Of a stretch of DNA of 31,416 nt, positions 1 to 6,885 are shown in pieces. This DNA comes from a virus (taxonomy: Duplodnaviria; Caudoviricetes). The stretch covers positions 1 through 31,416 of the IMG/VR virus record IMGVR_UViG_3300025869_000056. One strand, given 5' to 3'. Made by a program: the position numbers and the translations under genes. How positions within the stretch are numbered: the first letter of the stretch is position 1; each line of letters starts with the position of its first letter. The notes below the pieces were generated by a model. It had not been told where the DNA came from. It searched no databases and was given only the letters and a program-made list of their open reading frames with translations.

Positions 1-2
1 GT

Positions 3-869
3 CACGCTTATGTTAAAGATTTAAAAGAAAACTGGCCAGAGATTTGGAGAAGAGCAGGTACCGGTGGTAATCCTCCTACTTCATTTACTGGTAATGACGC
101 TTACAACAGATGGACTGCCTACAAAGGCGGAGATAGAAGTGAGTCAGTACTTAACTGGGTTAAGAGAAGAGAACGCTTTATGAATCGTCACAAGAAAAAT
201 AACAGACTTAACGGAACTATTGCTGTTATGAAATGGGGAGGTGTAACTGCTGGTGGTGTTTCACAAATGAAGTCAGTTGTTAATGATTACAAAAAAGTTG
301 TTAGAGAACGTAGAAAAAAATCTCTTGATATAGCAGAAGATTACTTGTTAAAAGCAGTATCTGATAGAGTTAGAACCGCTCTTACTAATAAAGTAGAAGA
401 CCATAACTCTAAGAATCCTAAACATAGAGCAACACTAAGAATGCTTATTGCAGTATTCAACAGAGGTGTTGGTGCATACAGAACTAACCCCGGTTCAGTA
501 AGAGGTAATGTTACATCTGCTGACCAGTGGGCAATGGCCCGTGTCAACGGTTTTATAAGAGCACTAAGAACTGGTAAATTTAGAAGAAAACCTTACGACC
601 AAGACTTACTACCAAGTTCACATCCATTGTCTTCTAAGAAATCTGGTACTAAAGCAGAATCAGTTAGAGTAGGCCAAGCCGTCAGTTGGTCAATCAAGAA
701 AGACCCAGACCCACCTTCAATTGTTCACGGTATTGTTACATCAGTAAATGATGAAGAAGCAACTGTTATGGTATACGCTCGTTTAGAAAATGGTGACCAT
801 CAGAAGACAGATAGAAGTGTGAAAGTGCTTATTTCACAGCTCAGAATAATATCAGACTTTAGACAATAA
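3..869 (+). CDS. 5'-truncated head-module protein (C-terminal part of a portal-fused or head morphogenesis protein)
   Basis: The frame of ORF 180..869 stays open back to nt 3 (HAYVKDLKENWPEIWRRAGTGG...WVKRRERFMNRH), so ATG 180 is probably internal. It lies directly upstream of the protease. It contains AVFNRGVGAY...QWAMARVNGF and a C-terminal SH3/Tudor-like beta segment (VGQAVSW...GIVTSV). Confidence 0.6.
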   Translation, partial: HAYVKDLKENWPEIWRRAGTGGNPPTSFTGNDAYNRWTAYKGGDRSESVLNWVKRRERFMNRHKKNNRLNGTIAVMKWGGVTAGGVSQMKSVVNDYKKVVRERRKKSLDIAEDYLLKAVSDRVRTALTNKVEDHNSKNPKHRATLRMLIAVFNRGVGAYRTNPGSVRGNVTSADQWAMARVNGFIRALRTGKFRRKPYDQDLLPSSHPLSSKKSGTKAESVRVGQAVSWSIKKDPDPPSIVHGIVTSVNDEEATVMVYARLENGDHQKTDRSVKVLISQLRIISDFRQ

Positions 870-924
870 AAAACTCAATTCTCAATTCTTAATATAAAAT
901 AGTAAAAGACGCACATCTGAAATA

Positions 925-940
925 TATATTATATAATATA
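925..940 (+). promoter_or_regulatory. Perfect 16-bp AT palindrome containing a TATAAT -10 box upstream of the protease
   Basis: TATATTATATAATATA is its own reverse complement. TATAAT at 932-937, SD-like GAAGGA at 946-951. No obvious -35. Confidence 0.5.
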
Positions 941-954
941 CGATTGAAGGATGT

Positions 955-2214
955 ATGAATAACGAATCTAAAAATATAGACATAGAGTTAAAAGACGAGT
1001 CCGGTCAAGTAGAAGCAGTCTTTAGCTTGTTCAATTCCCTCGATAGTGATGGGGATGTCGTAGTACCGGGCGCAGTAAAATCTGGGTTTAAAAATGACCA
1101 AGTACCTATGGTATGGTCTCACAAATGGGATATGCCTATTGGTAAAGGAACTATAGCTCAAGATGACGACAAAGCAATTTTTAAAGGTGAGTTCTTTATG
1201 GACACAGAGTCTGGTAAAGAAGCTTACAATCTAGTTAAGAATATGGGCGATATGCAACAATGGTCATTCGGCTATAAAGTTAACGATTCAGAATTTGAAA
1301 AATTCAAAGATAGCGATGGAACAACCAACGCTAGATATTTAAAAGACTTAACAGTTTATGAAGTCTCTCCTGTTCTTGTTGGAGCAAATCAAGATACCTA
1401 TACACTCGCAATTAAATCAAATACTGAACTATTGAAGGAAGTAGCAAAAGTAGCTGACCCCGAAGAAGAGTTTGATGATGAATGTTGCGGTACTTGCGAA
1501 GCTAAGAAAGCAAAAAAAGAAGAGAACGCTGAAGAAATGAAATCTTGTAAATACCATGATGGCGGACCTTGTATGAAAGATGATACAAAATCTGATTCTG
1601 GGGAAAAAATTAAAGGTGATTGCAAGTATGGAAGTGGAGGAAGTTGTATGAAAGAATACAATGATGACGAAAGTAAATCTGAAAAAGATATAGAAGTTTC
1701 TGAGGAAGGCTCACAGTCTTTCTCTGAAGAAGTCAAAGATGTGCTTGCTGCATTGGATGACTTAGTAGCCCGAGCAAAAGCAATAGCAATGCTCCGTGGC
1801 GAAGACGGGAGAAAATTAGGCGTAAAAGCCACTGAAGCACTTCGTGCAGTCGCAGACGACTTGAACGACGCTTGGACCGAAATTGACGAGTTCATCGGAG
1901 ATATCGGAACTGAGGGTGCTTTAGAATTGTCAGATATAGACGAAGAACCTGTGGAAGATGAACCAGCTGAAACAGAAGAGGTAGCTGAGGCTTCAACTGA
2001 TACTATTGATGTTGAAACTGAGGTCGAAGAAGTTACTGAGGAAGAAGCTCCAGTAGAGGAATCTACTGAAGAAGAACCGGAAGAAGAAGCTGCTGAAGAA
2101 GAAACTCCAGAGGATAACACTGAATCACTTGACGATGAGGAATTTGACGCAGAGTGGGTAAGGGCACAGCAATTAATTGCTGAATCCTTAATCGAACAAA
2201 TAGAAGAAGTATAA
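955..2214 (+). CDS. HK97-family prohead protease (peptidase S78-like) with a long Cys-rich/acidic C-terminal extension
   Basis: Motifs DSDGDVVVPGA, MVWSH..DMPIG, WSFGY and YEVSPVLVGAN; position immediately before the capsid gene. Confidence 0.93.
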   Translation: MNNESKNIDIELKDESGQVEAVFSLFNSLDSDGDVVVPGAVKSGFKNDQVPMVWSHKWDMPIGKGTIAQDDDKAIFKGEFFMDTESGKEAYNLVKNMGDMQQWSFGYKVNDSEFEKFKDSDGTTNARYLKDLTVYEVSPVLVGANQDTYTLAIKSNTELLKEVAKVADPEEEFDDECCGTCEAKKAKKEENAEEMKSCKYHDGGPCMKDDTKSDSGEKIKGDCKYGSGGSCMKEYNDDESKSEKDIEVSEEGSQSFSEEVKDVLAALDDLVARAKAIAMLRGEDGRKLGVKATEALRAVADDLNDAWTEIDEFIGDIGTEGALELSDIDEEPVEDEPAETEEVAEASTDTIDVETEVEEVTEEEAPVEESTEEEPEEEAAEEETPEDNTESLDDEEFDAEWVRAQQLIAESLIEQIEEV

Positions 2215-2221
2215 GCAATTA

Positions 2222-2238
2222 TAGATTGGAGAAATCTA
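2222..2238 (+). promoter_or_regulatory. Hairpin presenting the capsid Shine-Dalgarno sequence in its loop
   Basis: TAGATT-GGAGA-AATCTA, ending 3 nt before ATG 2242. Confidence 0.5.
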
Positions 2239-2241
2239 ACA

Positions 2242-3483
2242 ATGAGTAATCAAAACGAACTCATGGATAAAATTGCTGCTAAAAGAGCAGAATTAAAATC
2301 TGTTTTTGAGTCACAAGAAGACGGCAAGTACTCCGCTGAACAAAAAGAGGAAATTAAGTCACGTAACGACGAACTTGCTGAATTAGTTGATGACCTAGGC
2401 ATTGAGAAGAAAAAAGCTTCCAATGAAAAGGCTCTTCAAGAAGATTCAAAACCAGTTGCAGAAATGCCTTTAGCTTCTAACGAAGCTGAAGTTAAAACTG
2501 TTGGGCAGCTATTTACAGAATCCGACGCTTACAAAAATTACGTAAGCAATGGCGTTAAAGGTGTTGACTCAAAAATTGAGACAAAAACAACTTTAAACAC
2601 AACTGGTTATCCACCAGAGGTTTTACGACAAACCGGGATTCTAGAATCGGCTCTCAGAGACCCTAATGCTGTTATATCATTATTTGATGTAATCAACACA
2701 GACCAAAATGCTTTCTCATACCTTGAGGAAACAACCTTCACAAACAATGCTGCTGAAGCAGCTGAAGGTTCTGCTGTTGGTGAAGCTGCATTAGCTTTCA
2801 CAGAGCAAACAGAAGCTATCCGTAAATTGGGTATATTTATCCCAGTTACTGATGAACTAGTAGCAGACGAAGCTGGTATCCAAGGATACATTAACAGTAG
2901 ACTGCAAACAATGATTCGTCTAAGATTGGACAGCCAACTCCTTAGTGGAAATGGTACTGCTCCTAACTTAGAAGGTATCTTAGACGCTGGTAAAGCATCA
3001 GTAGGAAGCACAGACTTTAGCTCCTATGCAGGAACTCTTGGTAAAATTGGTGCACTTTATGGTGCTATCACAGATATCAGAGTGAACGCATTCACAGAAC
3101 CAGACGCAATTATCATGCACCCAAATGACTGGAATGACATTGTCACATCAGTCGGTGCTGATTTCGCTGGAACTTCATCCGCTGGATATGCAGAAAAGTC
3201 ACCACTTTTCGTAGCAGCTGGTGGAATGGGCGCAGGTCCTTCAGCACAAATCTGGGGACTTAAAGTTATTCCTACTACCGCAATTGCCGCAGGAACTGTT
3301 CTTGTTGGTAAATTCGGTGGCGGTGAAGCTTGTAATGTTGTTATGAGACAAGGTATCGATTTAGCGGTAACAGATTCTCATAGTGATTATTTCACAAAGA
3401 ACATGCTTGCTATTAGAGCAACAATGCGTGTTGGTTTCCCTGTTTACAGAGAAGCAGCTTTCCACAAACTAACAAATATGTAA
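2242..3483 (+). CDS. Major capsid protein, HK97 fold, with an N-terminal coiled-coil delta domain
   Basis: 413 aa. Motifs IPVTDELVAD, LLSGNGTAPNLEGIL, IIMHPNDW, IWGLKVI and FTKNMLAIRATMR. Confidence 0.97.
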   Translation: MSNQNELMDKIAAKRAELKSVFESQEDGKYSAEQKEEIKSRNDELAELVDDLGIEKKKASNEKALQEDSKPVAEMPLASNEAEVKTVGQLFTESDAYKNYVSNGVKGVDSKIETKTTLNTTGYPPEVLRQTGILESALRDPNAVISLFDVINTDQNAFSYLEETTFTNNAAEAAEGSAVGEAALAFTEQTEAIRKLGIFIPVTDELVADEAGIQGYINSRLQTMIRLRLDSQLLSGNGTAPNLEGILDAGKASVGSTDFSSYAGTLGKIGALYGAITDIRVNAFTEPDAIIMHPNDWNDIVTSVGADFAGTSSAGYAEKSPLFVAAGGMGAGPSAQIWGLKVIPTTAIAAGTVLVGKFGGGEACNVVMRQGIDLAVTDSHSDYFTKNMLAIRATMRVGFPVYREAAFHKLTNM

Positions 3484-3503
3484 TATCTGTTAGTACGGAA
3501 TTT

Positions 3504-3538
3504 GAAGATAGCCGGGTAAAACCGGCTTTCTTCTTTTT
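3504..3538 (+). terminator. Rho-independent terminator after the capsid gene
   Basis: GAAGAtAGCCGG-gtaaaa-CCGGCTtTCTTC stem-loop followed by TTTTT. Confidence 0.85.
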
Positions 3539-3544
3539 ATAGGG

Positions 3545-3550
3545 TAAAAT
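3545..3550 (+). promoter_or_regulatory. Putative -10 box restarting transcription after the terminator
   Basis: TAAAAT 9 nt before ATG 3560, with no SD in between. Confidence 0.4.
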
Positions 3551-3559
3551 GATTTTATT

Positions 3560-3811
3560 ATGTCAATTATTAAACCAGAAAAGACAATTTGGAAGATGAA
3601 GGATGGCTCCTTCTTCGAGGGTTCTCTAGCAGAATTACCTAAATCTGGTGCTTCAAAGATTGCACAAGCAGGAAAAGAAGTATCAGAGAAATGGTTAAAA
3701 GAGCAAGGTTGGAAAAGCACTTCTGACAAGAAGAAAAAAGCTCCAGCTAAAAAAGCAGCACCTAAGAAAAAAGTCGAAACCAAAGCTGTCAAACCATCCG
3801 AAGATAAATAA
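3560..3811 (+). CDS. Small Lys-rich post-capsid protein
   Basis: 83 aa with a KKKKAPAKKAAPKKK tail. A small basic gene is common at this position. Confidence 0.75.
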   Translation: MSIIKPEKTIWKMKDGSFFEGSLAELPKSGASKIAQAGKEVSEKWLKEQGWKSTSDKKKKAPAKKAAPKKKVETKAVKPSEDK

Positions 3812-3822
3812 AGGAGTCTTAA

Positions 3823-4467
3823 ATGGCTCTTTGTAGCGCTAGTGATGTAGAGACCTTTCTAGAGATAGATTTAAGTACTACCATTGAAGGTCACGTTACA
3901 AACACTTTCATACCATACGTTGAAGCTGCTATTAAGCGGTATCTTGGTCATGATGTTGAACAAGCAACGTTTGTAGAAACATTTGACGGTAATGAACAAA
4001 AAGATTTATTTCTAAGACACATACCTATTGCGTCTATTACTTCTCTTACTGAAGATGGTAATACACTTACCTCCGGTAATACTAAAGACTTTGTTCATTA
4101 TGATAATGGAAGACTTAATAGAATTGCTATACGATGGTCTGGAATCAAACCTAAAAATATAGTAGTTACTTATGTTGGAGGATATGCCTCAGCAGATATA
4201 CCAGACCAAATAAAATTTACAGCTGCTCGTGCTGCTGCAAGATTAGTAATGACATCATTACAAGTCTCTGCAAAAGCAGACACAGGAGTAGTTCGTTCAC
4301 ACTTAGAAGATAATACATCAACAACAAACTTTGATGTAGCCATAACCGAGAGAGTAGGAGATTACGACGTAGCATTTGGAGATGTAGTTATACAGAATTT
4401 ACAACCTGTATTAAGCAATTCAGATATGGCTATGTTAAACCCGTTTAAAAGCAGATTTTTTGTATAA
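3823..4467 (+). CDS. Head-tail connector (HK97 gp6 / phiE125 gp8-like adaptor)
   Basis: SD AAGGAG. Motifs AIKRYLG, L...PI.SITSL, NIVVTYVGGY...IPDQIK and ERVGDYDV; position after the capsid gene. Confidence 0.85.
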   Translation: MALCSASDVETFLEIDLSTTIEGHVTNTFIPYVEAAIKRYLGHDVEQATFVETFDGNEQKDLFLRHIPIASITSLTEDGNTLTSGNTKDFVHYDNGRLNRIAIRWSGIKPKNIVVTYVGGYASADIPDQIKFTAARAAARLVMTSLQVSAKADTGVVRSHLEDNTSTTNFDVAITERVGDYDVAFGDVVIQNLQPVLSNSDMAMLNPFKSRFFV

Positions 4468-4468
4468 T
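4463..4468 (+). promoter_or_regulatory. Putative -10 box of a leaderless transcript for the inserted cassette
   Basis: TATAAT 6 nt before ATG 4475, no SD. It overlaps the upstream stop codon. Confidence 0.5.
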
Positions 4469-4474
4469 TAGACT

Positions 4475-5116
4475 ATGGTACATAGAAAAGCTCCGTCTCT
4501 GGAAGAAGCAACAGAATTCTTTACACAAGACCCCAGCAAAATGTTACAAGAATGGGCTGATGAATGGGGCGTAACACACGAAAGAGTTCGTCAACTTAGA
4601 ATACAATCTGGAGTACCACAACGTGGTGCTTACAATGAGGAAACCGCAGAAGCTATCCTTGAGGTTATTAGAACAGGACGTGGTGGTTTAACTACACCTA
4701 GAACTTATGAAGAGGTGACAATTGGTTTAGAAAGATTTAAAACTTGGATACAAGACGAAGAAGGTTTACGTCAACGTGTAGAAGAAGCACAAAAAGAAGC
4801 CCTTAAGAGTTTAAAAGACCCAATTGAGAAAGAATGCAAATACTGTCGTGAATGGTTAGCAGTAGAAGATTTTAAAAGAACACAAAAATATCTAGATGGA
4901 TATACTAAATTCTGTATGCCCTGCCTAGCTTTAATAAAAGAAAAAAAAGAAGAACTCGGTGATGAAAAATTAAAAACATGTATTTCTTGCACAAAAGAAA
5001 AAAAGACATCTGAATTTAGTAGAAATCCTAATTCACAAGATGGTTATAAAATCTTTTGTAAAGATTGTCATAAAAATAATAAAAGGAAGATAAGAAGAAG
5101 AAATGCCCAGATATGA
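4475..5116 (+). CDS. Putative DNA-binding protein with two HTH-like segments and two CxxC...CxxC zinc-finger repeats
   Basis: WADEWGVTHERVRQL resembles a sigma70 region-4 HTH. YNEETAEAILEVIRTG...FKTW resembles a small-terminase HTH. Zinc repeats: CKYC...DGYTKFCMPC and CISC...DGYKIFCKDC. Confidence 0.75.
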   Translation: MVHRKAPSLEEATEFFTQDPSKMLQEWADEWGVTHERVRQLRIQSGVPQRGAYNEETAEAILEVIRTGRGGLTTPRTYEEVTIGLERFKTWIQDEEGLRQRVEEAQKEALKSLKDPIEKECKYCREWLAVEDFKRTQKYLDGYTKFCMPCLALIKEKKEELGDEKLKTCISCTKEKKTSEFSRNPNSQDGYKIFCKDCHKNNKRKIRRRNAQI

Positions 5117-5348
5117 ACATCAATGTATTCTGCATAAATGTTACTTTGAATTTGAAGTAACTTACTCAATACACGAAGACCCTTTAATTAAATGTCCTAA
5201 GTGTCAATCAGATACTAAAAGACTTATTAGCAAGAATGTAAGATTTGAAACACCTATAGATGTTGATTGGGAAAAAGACCCTAGTAATTTATCTGAGAAA
5301 TCTTTTAAAAGTTATCAAAAAGCAAAGAAAATAAAATACAGATGGTAA
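5103..5348 (+). CDS. FmdB-family zinc-ribbon protein
   Basis: MPRYEHQC...C.FEFE......CPKCQS...RLIS matches the MPxYxYxCxxC...CPxC...R.IS signature. Confidence 0.85.
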   Translation: MPRYEHQCILHKCYFEFEVTYSIHEDPLIKCPKCQSDTKRLISKNVRFETPIDVDWEKDPSNLSEKSFKSYQKAKKIKYRW

Positions 5349-6526
5349 AAGATGAAGGTACTGAAGAAGTACTACAAGGACCAAATAGATACTTTTTATC
5401 TTATAATTCTTATTCTGTAAATCCAGACCCTTTACATCAAAAAAGTTATGTAGTAAATTTATACGTCCCTTTGCGTGAATTAACTATCGATAGACCCGGT
5501 GTAAAACAAATTATACCTATTCATCCCGATTGCAATACTCTTGATGTAGATAGTCAAGTGATAGACGATGTAAAATTATCAATCACAGAAGAGTTTGGCG
5601 AAAAAGGGTACTTTCATCTTAAAAATCAAGGTATAACTATATATGCAGATACAGTAGATATCTCAGAAGGGGTAAACAGAGCAGCTTTGACTATATCGGA
5701 CGACAAGACACAGGGGATTATTGATGGTGCTAATTTGTATGAAATTATTCGTTCTATGTCAAAAGAAGATATAGGAAACAAAATATTTATACGAGTTAAG
5801 TTAATTACTGGATTTGAGCCTAAAGTTATACCAGAAATTATTAAGAGTTTAGATTCTAAGATAACAAACAAAACAGACATAACGATTGATGAAAAAGAAC
5901 TTGACTGGCTTAAACAAATTGTAGATAGTACTGAATATGTAGATAAGATTGATTTGATAGACGTGCTTTGCTACATAAATTTATTGAGAAATAATGTTTA
6001 TGGTACAGATTCAAATAACCAACCAACTATTTCTTACTGGAATAAACAAGAAGTTATTGATACATACAAGAGTGACCCAAATGTATTTAAAGCTTTTGCT
6101 CCGATTATTAGTGACATACTTTACCTACACGATTTCATAAATACAAAAACAATAGAGTTTTGGCCATCTAAGTTAGGAAGTCTAGGAAGTCTAGGTCTAG
6201 CTCTACCTTATAAGCAAAAAGCTTACGAATTCCCAATGATAGGTAAAAAAGAAGATTACAAATTCCATGAAGCTATTACTTGTATATTACTAAATGGTTT
6301 TAGGTGTTTTGTAATTTTTAATCTTGACAACAATGCACAATGGTCAAAAGATTTTTCCAAGATAGTAAATATATATGAACAACTGTGTGTAGAGCTACTA
6401 AATATTGTAAAAACATACAATAAAGAAACTGGATACAATCCTCATGTTCTAGGTAAGAACAATATGCTTTATAGCATAATTTATAAAGAAATGATGATGG
6501 GAGACATGCTTAACCAATTTTTATAA
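5342..6526 (+). CDS. AIPR-family (abortive infection phage resistance) protein, apparently degenerate
   Basis: FHLKNQGITI (cf. FxxxNNGITI), GIIDGANLY (cf. IV[ND]Gx[QH]T), and VKLI downstream; 394 aa. Confidence 0.7.
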   Translation: MVKDEGTEEVLQGPNRYFLSYNSYSVNPDPLHQKSYVVNLYVPLRELTIDRPGVKQIIPIHPDCNTLDVDSQVIDDVKLSITEEFGEKGYFHLKNQGITIYADTVDISEGVNRAALTISDDKTQGIIDGANLYEIIRSMSKEDIGNKIFIRVKLITGFEPKVIPEIIKSLDSKITNKTDITIDEKELDWLKQIVDSTEYVDKIDLIDVLCYINLLRNNVYGTDSNNQPTISYWNKQEVIDTYKSDPNVFKAFAPIISDILYLHDFINTKTIEFWPSKLGSLGSLGLALPYKQKAYEFPMIGKKEDYKFHEAITCILLNGFRCFVIFNLDNNAQWSKDFSKIVNIYEQLCVELLNIVKTYNKETGYNPHVLGKNNMLYSIIYKEMMMGDMLNQFL

Positions 6527-6536
6527 CTTTTTGTTG

Positions 6537-6542
6537 TAAAAT
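6537..6542 (+). promoter_or_regulatory. Putative -10 box of a leaderless transcript resuming the structural genes
   Basis: TAAAAT 6 nt before ATG 6549, no SD. Confidence 0.45.
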
Positions 6543-6548
6543 GTAGCT

Positions 6549-6884
6549 ATGGGTTTAAAGAGCAGACATTTACCAGAGACAATTTCAATTCAATCTGTTT
6601 CAGACACAAACATAGACGAAAGAGGTTTACCTTCTGACTCTTGGGCAGATAGTGCTACAAGTATCAGAGCTAAATTTGAGTCATTAGGTGCTGAAGAGGA
6701 TAGAGACGGACGTAATACTACTATTGAAACATTTAGAGTTTACATACAACCAAATGTTACAGTAACTCCGGGGGATAGGATGAACAGAAGTGGAACATAT
6801 CACGAAATCATTACAGTTCAACCTGTATTAGACAGATACGGAAAAGAGTGTTATAAATTTATTCAGTCTCTAGTAAGGACTTAA
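6549..6884 (+). CDS. Head-closure / head-tail adaptor (SPP1 gp16-like)
   Basis: 111 aa. Motifs I.IQ.....DERG....W and VTPGDR....G.YHEI; position. Confidence 0.85.
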   Translation: MGLKSRHLPETISIQSVSDTNIDERGLPSDSWADSATSIRAKFESLGAEEDRDGRNTTIETFRVYIQPNVTVTPGDRMNRSGTYHEIITVQPVLDRYGKECYKFIQSLVRT

Positions 6885-6885
6885 T

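Noticed and set aside
1398-2120. 240-aa minus-strand ORF, and the other minus-strand ORFs in the track
   Set aside because: Ser/Phe-rich antisense shadows of biased plus-strand genes, with no recognisable motifs.
4941-4948. A8 run as a phase-variation tract
   Set aside because: Expected in Lys/Glu codons of AT-rich DNA, and the frame is intact.
6174-6200. Short tandem repeat TAGGAAGTC (LGSLGSLGL) in the AIPR gene
   Set aside because: Only about two copies and in frame; probably a local slippage duplication.
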